Source: an uncultured Pelagibacteraceae bacterium (GTDB taxonomy: Bacteria > Pseudomonadota > Alphaproteobacteria > Pelagibacterales > Pelagibacteraceae). From it: a stretch of 64,000 nt of DNA. Each line of letters opens with the position of its first letter. Positions within the stretch are counted from its first letter, which is position 1. Shown here one piece after another: positions 21,734-33,113 of this stretch. Where the stretch lies: NCBI GenBank assembly GCA_902569105.1, contig CACFTE010000004.1, positions 6,303-70,302 on the forward strand, read 5' to 3'. Both the position numbers and the translations under genes were made by a program. The notes under the pieces were generated by a model. That model saw nothing but the letters and a program-made list of their open reading frames with translations, had not been told where the DNA came from and made no database searches.

Positions 21734-22674
21734 TAGCTACAAAAAATTTTTAAACATGCCATTCTAACCGCAACCCCAAGCTCAACCTGTTCCTTAATAA
21801 CACTTTTATTAATATCATCTGCCAACATAGTATCTATCTCTATACCTCTATTCATTGGCCCTGGATGCATAATTAGCGCATCTGATTTGGCAAATTCTAA
21901 TTTTTCAGGAGATAAACCATAATATTCATAATATTCTCTATTTGACGATAGATATGAACTTGTCATTCTTTCATTTTGAAGTCTAAGCATCATAACTATA
22001 TCACAATCTTTAACTCCCTTTTTCATATCGGTAAAAATATTAACTCCAAATTTCTCTAGATCTTTTGGTAATAAATTTGTAGGCCCAACAATGTTTACTT
22101 CAGCTCCAAGCATAGTTAGTAGATATATATTTGATCTCGCAACTCTCGAATGTAATATGTCACCACAGATTGCAATTCTTAAACCTTCAATATTTTTTTT
22201 TCTATTAATTATTGTTAAAGCATCTAATAGAGCTTGAGTGGGGTGCTCTCTTCTTCCGTCACCTGCATTTAAAACTGAGCAATTAACTTTTTGTGATAAT
22301 AAATTACAAGCACCAGAATCTTGGTGTCTTATAACAATAATATCTGGATGCATCGCATTTAATGTCATTGCGGTATCAATAAGAGTTTCTCCTTTTTTGA
22401 TTGCTGAATTTGTTATATTCATAGACATTACATCTGCACCTAATCTTTTACCTGCTAGTTCGAAAGAACTTTGAGTTCTTGTAGAAGGTTCAAAGAATAG
22501 GTTTATTTGTGTTTTGCCTTTTAATATATCTAATTTTTTATTTTTACTTCTATTAAGATCAATAAATTGTTGGGCTTCGTCTAATATATGTTTAATTTCG
22601 GAAACCTTTAAATCTTGAATGCCTAAAAGATGTTTTGGAGAAATTTTAATAGCTTTTTTTGTGTCAATGGCCAT
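21733..22674 (-). CDS. pyrB: Aspartate carbamoyltransferase catalytic subunit
   Basis: [27 protein letters not shown]; start at 22674 or 22695. Confidence 0.97.
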   Translation of the reverse strand: MAIDTKKAIKISPKHLLGIQDLKVSEIKHILDEAQQFIDLNRSKNKKLDILKGKTQINLFFEPSTRTQSSFELAGKRLGADVMSMNITNSAIKKGETLIDTAMTLNAMHPDIIVIRHQDSGACNLLSQKVNCSVLNAGDGRREHPTQALLDALTIINRKKNIEGLRIAICGDILHSRVARSNIYLLTMLGAEVNIVGPTNLLPKDLEKFGVNIFTDMKKGVKDCDIVMMLRLQNERMTSSYLSSNREYYEYYGLSPEKLEFAKSDALIMHPGPMNRGIEIDTMLADDINKSVIKEQVELGVAVRMACLKIFCS

Positions 22675-22716
22675 TAAAGCTAACTCTATAGCCATATTGT
22701 TTCATATAATCAAGTG

Positions 22717-23172
22717 TTATTTATCTAAATAATCCAAAACACCTTGCAGTATGAAAGTAGCTGAATTTTGATCAATATTTTTAACTCTTTTTGATACGCT
22801 AATATCTAATTGACTAGATAAATTGAACGAACCAACAGTTGAAAGTCTTTCATCCCAAAAGACCGTAGGAATCTCTAAATCTTTATTCATATGATTCATT
22901 TTGTCTTTTACTGATTGAGCAGAAGGCCCTTCTGTTCCATCCATATTAAAGGGTAGCCCAACAATAATTCCTTTAATATTATTTTCTGATATTAATTCTT
23001 TTAATTTTGAGCTCAGATTTTTTATATTTGTAAACTCAATCGTTTCTAATGGAGTTGCAATTTTTCTATTTTCATCACATATAGAAATACCAATTCTCTT
23101 TGTACCCATATCGACTCCCAATAGTCTAGATTTATTGTCTAATTGAACCTTTAATTCATCAATTGTGATCAT
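22717..23172 (-). CDS. ruvX: YqgF/RuvX pre-16S rRNA nuclease
   Basis: LGVDMGTKRIGIS, VGLPFNMDG, WDERLST, ILQG; ATG 23172 avoids overlap with gatC. Confidence 0.93.
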   Translation of the reverse strand: MITIDELKVQLDNKSRLLGVDMGTKRIGISICDENRKIATPLETIEFTNIKNLSSKLKELISENNIKGIIVGLPFNMDGTEGPSAQSVKDKMNHMNKDLEIPTVFWDERLSTVGSFNLSSQLDISVSKRVKNIDQNSATFILQGVLDYLDK

Positions 23173-23220
23173 ATTGTAATTTCCAAATATAATGATAATT
23201 TGCCTTAAATTAATTATCAT

Positions 23221-23508
23221 ATGAGTATAGATCTTAAAACAGTAAAACACATATCTAAATTATCAAGAATTTCAATTGATGATCAAAAAGCTAAGAAATT
23301 AGAGAAAGATCTAAATGCTATATTTAAGTGGATAGAGCAACTTAATCAGTTAAATACTGATAAAGTTGAACCCCTTACATCAATTGCTGAAACATCACTA
23401 AGATTCAGAAAAGACCAAGTAGAATCTAAAAACATCAGAGAAGATGTTCTTAAAAATTCTCCCAGAGATAACAAAGACTATTTCGTAGTACCAAAGGTTG
23501 TGGAATAA
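23221..23508 (+). CDS. gatC: Asp/Glu-tRNA amidotransferase subunit C
   Basis: [19 protein letters not shown]. Confidence 0.96.
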   Translation: MSIDLKTVKHISKLSRISIDDQKAKKLEKDLNAIFKWIEQLNQLNTDKVEPLTSIAETSLRFRKDQVESKNIREDVLKNSPRDNKDYFVVPKVVE

Positions 23509-24965
23509 TGACTAATTTAATTGATTTAACACTCAGCGATCTTCTAAAAAAAATAAAATCTAAGGAAATTTCATCAAAAGAAATAACAACTGTCTATATA
23601 GAAAGATCTAAAAAATCGAAAAAACTAAATACTTATGTCGAAGAAACTTTTGAGGAGGCAATTAAAAACTCTGAAAAATTTGATAACAACCCTAATTTCG
23701 ATAAAAAATTATCAGGTATACCACTTGCTGTAAAAGATTTATTTTGTACAAAAAATGTAAAAACAACAGCAGGTAGTAAAATTTTAGAAAATTTTGTACC
23801 AACTTATGAAGCAACTGTTACTCAAAATCTTTGGAACGAAGGAGCAATTTTGCTTGGAAAATTAAATTGTGATGAGTTTGCGATGGGATCTTCAAATGAA
23901 ACAAGTTATTTTGGAAATGTTATTAGTCCAATTGATGATAATTTAGTTCCTGGAGGTTCTTCAGGCGGATCTGCTTCTGCTTTAGCTGCAAAACTTACTC
24001 CAGCTACAATAGGAACCGATACTGGTGGATCAATAAGGCAACCAGCATCTTTCACAGGTACAGTTGGTTTAAAACCTACTTACGGAAGTTGCTCAAGGTA
24101 TGGAATAGTCGCTTTTGCATCTTCATTGGATCAGGCAGGCCCAATGACTAGAGATGTTAAAGATTGTGCCTTAATGCTTGAAGTTATAAGCTCATTTGAT
24201 CCTAAAGACTCAACTTCAATTAACTTTAAACGTCCAAATTATTTTTCTGACTTAAATAGAAATATTAAAGGAAAAAAAATTGGAATTCCCAAAGAATACA
24301 GAGTTGATGGGATGCCCACTGAAATTGAAAATTTGTGGGAAAAAGGAAAAAGTTATTTAAAAGATTGCGGTGCTGAAATTATAGATATTTCTTTGCCACA
24401 CACTAATTACGCTTTGCCTACATATTATATAGTAGCTCCAGCAGAAGCATCTTCAAATTTAGCTAGATATGATGGTGTAAAATATGGATACAGAGCTGAT
24501 GGTGAAAATTTAATTGATATGTATGAAAAAACAAGATCTCTAGGTTTTGGAGATGAAGTAAAAAGAAGAATAATGATTGGTACCTATGTACTATCCTCTG
24601 GATATTATGATGCTTATTATTTAAAGGCTCAAAAGGTAAGAAAACTTATTAAAAATGATTTTGATAGTGCTTTTAATAAGGTAGATGCAATATTAACTCC
24701 ATCAACACCAAGTTCAGCATTTAAAATTGGAGATAAAACTAATGATCCTGTTTCAATGTATTTAAATGATATATTTACAGTTCCTGTAAATTTAGCTGGT
24801 TTGCCAGGTATATCTATCCCAGCAGGATTAGATAAAAACAATTATCCACTAGGATTACAAGTAATTGGAAAACCATTTGATGAGCAAGTAATATTAGATA
24901 TTGCATTTTCTATGGAAGAAAAAATTAATTTTAAATTAAAAAAAAATGATTGGTGGATTAAGTGA
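23508..24965 (+). CDS. gatA: Asp/Glu-tRNA amidotransferase subunit A
   Basis: Amidase signature [26 protein letters not shown]. Confidence 0.98.
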   Translation: MTNLIDLTLSDLLKKIKSKEISSKEITTVYIERSKKSKKLNTYVEETFEEAIKNSEKFDNNPNFDKKLSGIPLAVKDLFCTKNVKTTAGSKILENFVPTYEATVTQNLWNEGAILLGKLNCDEFAMGSSNETSYFGNVISPIDDNLVPGGSSGGSASALAAKLTPATIGTDTGGSIRQPASFTGTVGLKPTYGSCSRYGIVAFASSLDQAGPMTRDVKDCALMLEVISSFDPKDSTSINFKRPNYFSDLNRNIKGKKIGIPKEYRVDGMPTEIENLWEKGKSYLKDCGAEIIDISLPHTNYALPTYYIVAPAEASSNLARYDGVKYGYRADGENLIDMYEKTRSLGFGDEVKRRIMIGTYVLSSGYYDAYYLKAQKVRKLIKNDFDSAFNKVDAILTPSTPSSAFKIGDKTNDPVSMYLNDIFTVPVNLAGLPGISIPAGLDKNNYPLGLQVIGKPFDEQVILDIAFSMEEKINFKLKKNDWWIK

Positions 24966-26425
24966 GTAAAGATCAATACATAATTGAAAAAAATGGTAAT
25001 AAATATGAAGTAATAATTGGTCTAGAAGTTCATGCTCAAGTACTTTCAGAGTCAAAATTATTTTCTACGTCAGCAACTAAATTTGGATCAGAGCCTAATA
25101 CTCAAGTTAGTTTAGTTGATGCTGCATTTCCAGGAATGCTTCCTGTGATTAATGAGTTTTGTATTAAACAAGCTGTCAAAACTGGAATTGGTCTTAATGC
25201 AAAAATAAATAAGAAATCAATATTTGATCGAAAAAATTATTTTTATGCAGATCTTCCTCAAGGTTATCAAATATCTCAATATAAAGATCCAATTGTAGGT
25301 GAGGGCACTGTAGTTTTAGATTTGCCATCTGGACCTAAAACAATAGGAATCGAAAGACTTCATCTTGAACAAGATGCAGGAAAAAGTATTCATGATGTAG
25401 ATCCTGGCAGCACATTAGTAGATTTAAACAGATCTGGAGTAGCTTTAATGGAAATAGTCAGCAAACCTGACCTTAGATCACCCGAAGAAGTAAATTTATA
25501 TGTTAAAAAATTAAGATCAATAATGAGATATCTAGGTACTTGTGATGGAAACATGCAAGAAGGCTCTCTCAGAGCAGATGTTAATGTGTCAGTTAGAAAA
25601 CTTGGAAGTGGTAAACTAGGTACACGATGTGAAATTAAAAATGTTAATTCGATTAAGTTTATGCAAATGGCGATTGAATATGAAGCAAATAGACAGGCAG
25701 AACTTTTAGAGGAAGGTAATGTCGTTGACCAAGAAACAAGATTATTTGATACAAAAAAAAATCAAACGAGGTCTATGAGATCAAAAGAAGATGCTCATGA
25801 TTATAGATATTTTCCAGATCCTGATCTTTTACCGTTAGAATTTGACGATCAATTTATCGAAAATATAAAAAAAGAAATACCTGAACTACCAGATCAAAAA
25901 AAAAACAGATTTATTGAAAAATTTAACCTTAATCCATATGAAGCAACAATCTTAGTTTCAGATTTAGATACATCAAAATTTTTTGAAAAGGTAATCGAAA
26001 AATCAGATGTAAAATTATCGGCAAATTGGATTACTGGTGAGTTATTCGCTCTTTTAAATGAAAATAATCTTGAAATTAGTGAAAGTCCAATAAGCCCTGA
26101 AAATTTGTCTAAATTAATTAATTTAATTTCAGATGGAACTATTTCAGGAAAAATTGCAAAAACAATATTTGAAATAATGTCTAAAGAAGACAAGGACCCA
26201 AATATTATTGTGAATGAAAAAGGATTAAAACAAGAGAGTGATCCTAAGGCATTAGAAGATTTAATTCAAAAAGTGTTAATTTCTAATGAAGATAAAGTAA
26301 ATGAGTATAAGAGTGGTAAAGATAAATTATTTGGATTCTTTGTTGGTCAGGTAATGAAAGAGAGTAATGGAAAGGGCAATCCCCAAATGATCAATAAAAT
26401 TTTAAAAGAAAAACTTAATGGATAA
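24962..26425 (+). CDS. gatB: Asp/Glu-tRNA amidotransferase subunit B
   Basis: [35 protein letters not shown]. Confidence 0.98.
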   Translation: MSKDQYIIEKNGNKYEVIIGLEVHAQVLSESKLFSTSATKFGSEPNTQVSLVDAAFPGMLPVINEFCIKQAVKTGIGLNAKINKKSIFDRKNYFYADLPQGYQISQYKDPIVGEGTVVLDLPSGPKTIGIERLHLEQDAGKSIHDVDPGSTLVDLNRSGVALMEIVSKPDLRSPEEVNLYVKKLRSIMRYLGTCDGNMQEGSLRADVNVSVRKLGSGKLGTRCEIKNVNSIKFMQMAIEYEANRQAELLEEGNVVDQETRLFDTKKNQTRSMRSKEDAHDYRYFPDPDLLPLEFDDQFIENIKKEIPELPDQKKNRFIEKFNLNPYEATILVSDLDTSKFFEKVIEKSDVKLSANWITGELFALLNENNLEISESPISPENLSKLINLISDGTISGKIAKTIFEIMSKEDKDPNIIVNEKGLKQESDPKALEDLIQKVLISNEDKVNEYKSGKDKLFGFFVGQVMKESNGKGNPQMINKILKEKLNG

Positions 26426-27068
26426 AAATATAAATATCGATCACAAATTGATCGAGTATATATTCTCTCACACAAGTAATTTACACCCTGTTCAGAAAGA
26501 ATTAATTAAATATAACGAAAATTTAGGTCATATTAAAAGACTTCAAATATCCATATTACAAGCAAATTTCTTACAATTTTTAATTAAATCGAGAAATATT
26601 AACAATTGTTTAGAAGTTGGAACATTTACAGGTTACAGCACTTTATCAATGGCACTATCTCTAAATAAAAATGGGAAAATTCTTACTATAGATAAAGATA
26701 AAGAAAAAAACAAAATTGCCAAAAGTTTTTTTAAAAAAGCAAAAGTCTCAAATAAAATTGAAACAGAAGTATCAAATGGTAATGACGCATTAATCAAACA
26801 AATTAAAAATAAAAAAAAATATGACTTAATTTTAATTGATGCAGATAAAGAAAATTATATTAGCTATTTTGATAAATCTTTAAAATTATTGAACCAAAAT
26901 GGATTATTAGTTGTAGATAATATTCTTTGGAAAGGTGAAGTAACAAATATTGTTTCCAAAGATAAATTAACAAAAAAAATTAAAATTTTTAACCTACATG
27001 TAAAGAAATCAAAAATTAATAAATATATTCTTCCAATTGGAGATGGCTTTTATATTTGTTGGAAATAA
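26418..27068 (+). CDS. SAM-dependent O-methyltransferase (Methyltransf_3 / CCoAOMT / TrmR-like family)
   Basis: [28 protein letters not shown]. Confidence 0.9.
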   Translation: MDKNINIDHKLIEYIFSHTSNLHPVQKELIKYNENLGHIKRLQISILQANFLQFLIKSRNINNCLEVGTFTGYSTLSMALSLNKNGKILTIDKDKEKNKIAKSFFKKAKVSNKIETEVSNGNDALIKQIKNKKKYDLILIDADKENYISYFDKSLKLLNQNGLLVVDNILWKGEVTNIVSKDKLTKKIKIFNLHVKKSKINKYILPIGDGFYICWK

Positions 27069-27971
27069 ATGATTACAGTTTTATCTTTTTATAAATTACA
27101 AAGATTAAAAAAATTAAAAAGTCTTAAAAATTTATTTTTTAAGGAAATTAATCACTTATCCATTAAAGGATTAATTATATTATCACCAGAAGGTATTAAT
27201 GGAACACTTGCAGGCAGCACAACTAATATCAACATAATAAAAAAAATAATTTTTAAAAATCTACATATTTCTAAATTTGATATTCAAAACATTACAAAAT
27301 CTAAATTTATACCTTTTTTAAAAGCAAAAATTAAAATTAAGACAGAGGTAGTTCCCATAAATGAAAAATACAATTTCAATAAAAAATTAAGAAAAAAATA
27401 TCTTACACCCTTTCAATGGAATAAGTTTCTTGAATTAAATAATTCAAAAATCATTGATGCTAGAAAGCCCTTTGAATACGAATTAGGTACATTCAGAAAA
27501 GCAATTAATCCTAATACAAATAACTTTAGAGAATTTAAAAAATATCTTTCTACTATTAAAAAAGATGAACATGTAGGTATGTTTTGTACTGGTGGGGTCA
27601 GATGTGAAAAGGCTTCAAATTATCTTTATAAAAACGGATTTAAAAATATCTATATGTTAAAAGGTGGAATTATTAATTATTTTAACAAAATTAAACACAA
27701 AAGTAGTAAATGGAAGGGTGAGTGCTTCGTTTTTGATAATAGAGTTACTATAAAAAAAGATTCTACCCCTGGCACTTATGGGGTATGTAATGGGTGTAGA
27801 ATGCCTATATCTTCTAAAGAAATGAAATCTTACAAATATAAAATAGGCCTATCTTGTCCTAAGTGTTATGACAAATTATCAAACGATCAAATAAAAAGAT
27901 TTACTATGCGCCATAATCAAATTGTAAATTCTAAAATAAGATTCAAATTCAGAGAAAAAAAAATAAAATGA
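27069..27971 (+). CDS. trhO: Rhodanese-domain tRNA U34 hydroxylase (TrhO/YceA family)
   Basis: EGINGT, MFCTGGVRCEKAS, LKGGI, WKGECFVFDNR, C-terminal CxxC motifs. Confidence 0.9.
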   Translation: MITVLSFYKLQRLKKLKSLKNLFFKEINHLSIKGLIILSPEGINGTLAGSTTNINIIKKIIFKNLHISKFDIQNITKSKFIPFLKAKIKIKTEVVPINEKYNFNKKLRKKYLTPFQWNKFLELNNSKIIDARKPFEYELGTFRKAINPNTNNFREFKKYLSTIKKDEHVGMFCTGGVRCEKASNYLYKNGFKNIYMLKGGIINYFNKIKHKSSKWKGECFVFDNRVTIKKDSTPGTYGVCNGCRMPISSKEMKSYKYKIGLSCPKCYDKLSNDQIKRFTMRHNQIVNSKIRFKFREKKIK

Positions 27972-29323
27972 ATATTCTTACGGATGATATAAAAAAATTA
28001 ATTAGAAAACTTGCAATACCAGCAGTAGTAGGAACACTGTTTCAAACTCTCTATAATGTTGTTGATACCTTTTTTGCTGGAAAAATTTCTCCAGAAGCCC
28101 TTTCTGCTTTAAGCAAATCTTTCCCTGTTTACTTCATAATTATCGCAACATCAATTGGAGTAACAGTTGCAGGCACCTCTTTAATAGGAAACAGTATTGG
28201 AGAAAAAAATGAAAAGAATTCATTATTTTATTTTTCACATATTGTATATTTTGCAGTTATAATTTCGATTATAATTACTTTTTTAGGACTCAATTATTCT
28301 GAAAAAATATTTATTTTAATGGGTTCTAGTGAGTATGTTACAAGCCTTGGTTTAAAGTATACCGATATTATTTTTTATGGTTCAATACTCTTTATATTAG
28401 TTGTCGCAATAAATTCTTTACTTCATGCAGAAGGTGATACTAAAACCTATAGAAATGTCTTAATTTTATCTTTTTTGATAAATATAATTTTAAATCCTAT
28501 TTTGATTTTTGGCTTTATGTTCATTCCAGCCTTTGGAATAAAAGGGATTGCCATATCAACTTTAGTTGCACAGTTTGTATCTTTTACCATAATTTTATTT
28601 AAAGTTTTAAAAAATAGTCGAGTAAAAAAAATTACAAGAGAATATATATTACCTAAGCTGTATTATTTTAGAAATATATTTTTTCAGTCAATGCCTATTA
28701 TAGTATCTATATGCGGATACTCAATTGCAGCAGGAATTATCTTCACCTACGTAGGAATATCTGGTGAATATGCAACAGCTGGTTACGGCGCAGGCACTAG
28801 GATCGAACAGGTCGTTTTACTTCCAATATTAGGAATTAATACTGCAATTATAACTATTATAGCTCAAAATTTTGGCGCAAAAAACTTAGATAGAGTTAAA
28901 GAAACATATATTGGTGCTATACAATATTCCTTAATAATCATGATTATATGTTCATTATTAATTTTTATTTTTTCTAATGATATAACAAGTTTCTTTTCCA
29001 ACGATCAAACTGTAATAGAATACGGTGGTAAATACCTCCAAATTTCAGCTTTTGTTTTAACAGCATATCCAATCTTCTTTTTATCTAATGGATGTTTTAT
29101 GGCACTAAAAAAGTCTGAATATGCAATGATATCAAATTTTTTCAGAAATGTTTTAAACCCTGTTTTAGTTTTTTACTTCGCAACATTGTATAATGCGTCG
29201 TTTGAACAGTTCTTTTGGATCTGGGTAGTAATTAATTGGATATTTTCAATTACTTATTTTTTATTCACTTTTAATTATTTGAGATCAAAATTACAAGAAA
29301 CTCGAGCTATCGTTAATCCATAG
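27968..29323 (+). CDS. MATE-family efflux transporter
   Basis: LYNVVDTFF, EGDTK, NIILNPILIFG, QNFGAK; hydrophobic pattern of ~12 TM segments. Confidence 0.93.
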   Translation: MNILTDDIKKLIRKLAIPAVVGTLFQTLYNVVDTFFAGKISPEALSALSKSFPVYFIIIATSIGVTVAGTSLIGNSIGEKNEKNSLFYFSHIVYFAVIISIIITFLGLNYSEKIFILMGSSEYVTSLGLKYTDIIFYGSILFILVVAINSLLHAEGDTKTYRNVLILSFLINIILNPILIFGFMFIPAFGIKGIAISTLVAQFVSFTIILFKVLKNSRVKKITREYILPKLYYFRNIFFQSMPIIVSICGYSIAAGIIFTYVGISGEYATAGYGAGTRIEQVVLLPILGINTAIITIIAQNFGAKNLDRVKETYIGAIQYSLIIMIICSLLIFIFSNDITSFFSNDQTVIEYGGKYLQISAFVLTAYPIFFLSNGCFMALKKSEYAMISNFFRNVLNPVLVFYFATLYNASFEQFFWIWVVINWIFSITYFLFTFNYLRSKLQETRAIVNP

Positions 29324-29836
29324 CCAAAGGTGTTCTGAAAAGGATTTTCTCACAAATAAGTCTACGTTATTTGTATCAGTGTGATGAAGTATGACATCAA
29401 CATGATTTAATAACGTCTGAACTACAACATTTTTAGTATTTTTGAATTTATTAATGTCAAAGGGGGAACCTTTTGATAGTACTTCAAATACATTTTTTCC
29501 TTTCATATTTATTAATAACCATTGATCACTAATATCAGTTACAGAACCCAAGTTTAATTTTGATATTTCAGAGTCTAGAGAAATCTTTAGATTTTTATCA
29601 ATATCTTTACCGTATATCATCCATTCATCAGGGCTTAGCCACAATGCACTAATATTTTTAATAGTTGCACTTGTGTTTGGCTCTATAGGCAACATAATAG
29701 ATAGAATTCGTCCAGCTTTTGTAAAAAAATCTCTATTTTTTCCTCTTAGGTTTAACTTTTTTATTGGCTCTACTAAATTTAATTCTAAATTTGGAAACTC
29801 TTTTTTTTCAATTTTTGGATAATTAATATTAAGCAT
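29291..29836 (-). CDS. soxG: Sarcosine oxidase subunit gamma
   Basis: KLNLRG, WLSPDEW, VRKSFSEHLW; last gene of soxBDAG. Confidence 0.92.
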   Translation of the reverse strand: MLNINYPKIEKKEFPNLELNLVEPIKKLNLRGKNRDFFTKAGRILSIMLPIEPNTSATIKNISALWLSPDEWMIYGKDIDKNLKISLDSEISKLNLGSVTDISDQWLLINMKGKNVFEVLSKGSPFDINKFKNTKNVVVQTLLNHVDVILHHTDTNNVDLFVRKSFSEHLWLWINDSSSFL

Positions 29837-32834
29837 TTAATCTCTCATTTTTACTATCAAAAAATATAAAGTCAGAAACAGTAACGTTTATTGTTTTATC
29901 TTTCATTGGTACAAGAAGTTTTTGACCTTTAAGCTTCTTACCGTTTTTAACAACTGCCAAAGCTATTGATTTATTTAAATTTGGACTAAAATAACTTGAT
30001 GTTACATGTCCAAGCATTTCTATTGGTTGCTTTTTTTCGTTTTTTACTATTTGAGCGCCTTCCTCTAATATCTCCTTTGGATTATCAGTTAATAATCCTA
30101 CCAATTGTTTTCTGTCCTCTCGCATAGTATCACTTCTGTATAAAGATCGTTTTCCTATAAAATCATATTTCTTTTTACTTACTATCCAGTCCATTTGAAG
30201 ATCAATAGGAGTCATAGTTCCGTCTGTATCTTGACCTACAATTATAAAACCTTTTTCAGCTCTTAATAAGTGCATTGTTTCTGTGCCGTATGGTGTAATA
30301 TTAAATTCTTTTCCTGCATCCATACATTTTTCCCACAATGATTTTCCATATTTTGATTCAATATTTATCTCATAGCTGTGTTCCCCGGTAAAACTTATCC
30401 TCATTATTCTGCAGTTTATTCCATCCATTTCAGCATTTTTAAACGACATATGAGGAAAATTTTCATCATTAAAATCAAGGTTTGGAAATAATTTTTTCAA
30501 AATATTTTTTGAATTAGGCCCACATATACTTGCTGTAGCAAAATGATCAGTTACAGATGTTAGCCAAACATCTAATTCTGGCCACTCTGTTTGTAAATAA
30601 TCTTCTAATTTTGAAAGAACATTTGCAGCGCCACCGGTTGTGGTTGTCATTAAATAGTGATTTTCACCCAATCTTGTGGTTACACCGTCATCATAAACCA
30701 TTCCATCTTCATTTAACATTAGGCCATACCTGCACTTACTTATACCTAATTTTGACCAAGCATTTGTATAAACTCTGTTTAAAAATTCAGATGCATCAGT
30801 TCCCTTAATATCAATTTTACCAAGTGTAGATGCATCCAATATTCCTGCACTTTCTCTTGCTGCCTTACTCTCTCGTTGTACTGCTTGATACATATTCTCT
30901 CCATCTTTTGGATAGTACCAGGCTCTTTTCCACTGTCCTACATTTTCAAATTGCGCTTTATGATCTTTATGCCAATCATGCATAGGTGTTTTTCTAGTTA
31001 TATCAAAAAAAGTTCCAACGTTTCTTCCTACAATTGTTCCAAAAGTTAATGGTGTATATGGTGGTCTAAAGGTAGTTGTTCCTAAGCTTCCCATTTTAAC
31101 ACCTGCGGTTTCAGAGATAATTCCAAGTGCATGCATATTTGCAAGCTTACCTTGATCAGTACCCATACCAGTTGTCGTGTATCTTTTGACATGTTCTATA
31201 GATTTAAATCCTTCTCTCATTGCAAGTTTTATGTCTTTAGCTGTAGAGTCGTTTTGAAAATCTAAAAAAGGTTTTGTTTTTCCTAATGGTTTATTGTTAG
31301 GTAATAACCATATATTTTTACTCTCTTTTTGTTTGGGACAACTAACTTTTAATAAGTCGTAATCTATTACTGATGCAGATAAAAAATTTTTGCACTCTGA
31401 TATAGTATTTTTAATAACATCATCAAGTTCGAAATCACCGTTGCATGAACCTATGCTAATTTGATCTGAAATTACAGTGTTTGGTAAAAAAACTTGGTCT
31501 GCGTCTCTAAATTTAAGTTTTCCACCTGATTGAGTAAATAAATGTACCATAGGTGTCCAGCCACCGCTTATTGATAAACTATCACATAGCAAACTTGTTT
31601 TTTTTCCAACTACATTAGTACCATCTTCGGACATTTCCATTATTTGAATAGATTTAATTCTTCGATAGCCGCTTGTGTTAACGATAGCGTGGTTCCAATA
31701 AATTTTTATACCTGCATCTTTTGTGGTTTGTACTAAAGTAGATGAAGAATTTTTTCTTATATCTATAACAACAACTTCTATACCTTTTTTATTTAAAGAA
31801 ATTGCTGTTTCATAAGCAGAGTCATTATTTGTAAAAATAATATTCTTGTTTCCGCATTTAACACCAAAAAAATCAATATATTTTTTGACTGAATTAGCTA
31901 ACATAACACCAGGTCTATCATTATTATTAAATATCAAAGGTCTCTCAATAGCGCCTGTTGCAAGAATTACTTTTTTAGCTCTTATTTTCCATAATCTTTG
32001 TCTTAATTTATTTAATCTTTCATCTAAAGATTTATGATCAGCTAAACTTTCTCTTGCTAATAAGTAATTATAGCCATGAAAAGCTGCTACACTAGTTCTA
32101 TGTTTAATTGTTAAATTTTGTTTTTTTTTTAATTCTTTAATTTTTTTATCTAACCAAGTGGAAGATATTTCATCATTAATTTTAAAGTTTTCATCATTTT
32201 GGTAAATTGTTGATCCACCGAGAGAATTTTTATCGTCAATTAATACAGTATTATTTCCATTGTCAGCAGATATACTTGCTGCGATTATTCCAGATATGCC
32301 ACCACCAACAATCAAAACATCACAGTGTAAATGATTATGATCGTATAATTCTGGATCAGGTTGAGTAGGGGATTTACCTAAACCTGCGGATAATCTTATT
32401 GCTGGTTCATACAAACTATACCAAAGCTTTTTGGGCCACATAAATGTTTTATAATAAAATCCTGCTGGAATAACTGGAGAAATTAAATTATTAATACCCC
32501 CAATATCAAACTCAACACTTGGCCAACAATTTTGACTTGATGCCTCTAAACCCTCATATATCTCTTGTTCAGTTGCTCTTACATTAGGTTCAGTAAAAGA
32601 TCCATTTCCACCTATTTGTACTATTGCATTAGGTTCTTCCGAACCACAGGTCATTATTCCACGTGGACGATGATATTTAAAACTTCTTCCAATTAAGTGG
32701 ACACCATTTGATAAAAGGGCTGAAGCCAATGTATCACCCTTATAGCCATAATATTTTTTACCATTATATTTAAAAGATATTCTATTAGTTTTATCCAAGA
32801 ACTTTGTTTCTATTGATCTAAAATTTTCTGACAT
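29829..32834 (-). CDS. soxA: Sarcosine oxidase subunit alpha
   Basis: GDTLASAL, RSFKYHRPRG, KRYTTTGMGTDQGK; GcvT-like C-terminus (RISFTGE, LRAEKG). Confidence 0.96.
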   Translation of the reverse strand: MSENFRSIETKFLDKTNRISFKYNGKKYYGYKGDTLASALLSNGVHLIGRSFKYHRPRGIMTCGSEEPNAIVQIGGNGSFTEPNVRATEQEIYEGLEASSQNCWPSVEFDIGGINNLISPVIPAGFYYKTFMWPKKLWYSLYEPAIRLSAGLGKSPTQPDPELYDHNHLHCDVLIVGGGISGIIAASISADNGNNTVLIDDKNSLGGSTIYQNDENFKINDEISSTWLDKKIKELKKKQNLTIKHRTSVAAFHGYNYLLARESLADHKSLDERLNKLRQRLWKIRAKKVILATGAIERPLIFNNNDRPGVMLANSVKKYIDFFGVKCGNKNIIFTNNDSAYETAISLNKKGIEVVVIDIRKNSSSTLVQTTKDAGIKIYWNHAIVNTSGYRRIKSIQIMEMSEDGTNVVGKKTSLLCDSLSISGGWTPMVHLFTQSGGKLKFRDADQVFLPNTVISDQISIGSCNGDFELDDVIKNTISECKNFLSASVIDYDLLKVSCPKQKESKNIWLLPNNKPLGKTKPFLDFQNDSTAKDIKLAMREGFKSIEHVKRYTTTGMGTDQGKLANMHALGIISETAGVKMGSLGTTTFRPPYTPLTFGTIVGRNVGTFFDITRKTPMHDWHKDHKAQFENVGQWKRAWYYPKDGENMYQAVQRESKAARESAGILDASTLGKIDIKGTDASEFLNRVYTNAWSKLGISKCRYGLMLNEDGMVYDDGVTTRLGENHYLMTTTTGGAANVLSKLEDYLQTEWPELDVWLTSVTDHFATASICGPNSKNILKKLFPNLDFNDENFPHMSFKNAEMDGINCRIMRISFTGEHSYEINIESKYGKSLWEKCMDAGKEFNITPYGTETMHLLRAEKGFIIVGQDTDGTMTPIDLQMDWIVSKKKYDFIGKRSLYRSDTMREDRKQLVGLLTDNPKEILEEGAQIVKNEKKQPIEMLGHVTSSYFSPNLNKSIALAVVKNGKKLKGQKLLVPMKDKTINVTVSDFIFFDSKNERLNA

Positions 32835-32837
32835 AAA

Positions 32838-33113
32838 TCAAATTGAGGGAGGTTTTTCTCCCATTTTATATACAGCATGAATTTTATCATTTGATGTATC
32901 TCTGATTACATTAAACCATTTTCTACAGCCATGCGCATGGTTCCATCTTTCAAATTGAATACCTTTAATATTTTTTCTCATAAATAAAAAATCTGCCCAT
33001 TCATCATCGCTTAGTTCGGTAGGTTGTTTAGGTCTGACTATATGTGCTTCTCCACCAGCAGAAAATTCGCTTTGGTCTCTTTCACCACAAAATGGACAAT
33101 TAATAATAAACAT
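32838..33113 (-). CDS. soxD: Sarcosine oxidase subunit delta
   Basis: CPFCGER, ERWNHAHGCRKWF. Confidence 0.96.
   Translation of the reverse strand: MFIINCPFCGERDQSEFSAGGEAHIVRPKQPTELSDDEWADFLFMRKNIKGIQFERWNHAHGCRKWFNVIRDTSNDKIHAVYKMGEKPPSI

Noticed and set aside
23173-23250. Extended N-termini in the ORF track (ruvX, rplO, galU, lepB)
   Set aside because: Longest-ORF artefacts; downstream ATGs fit family length and avoid overlaps.
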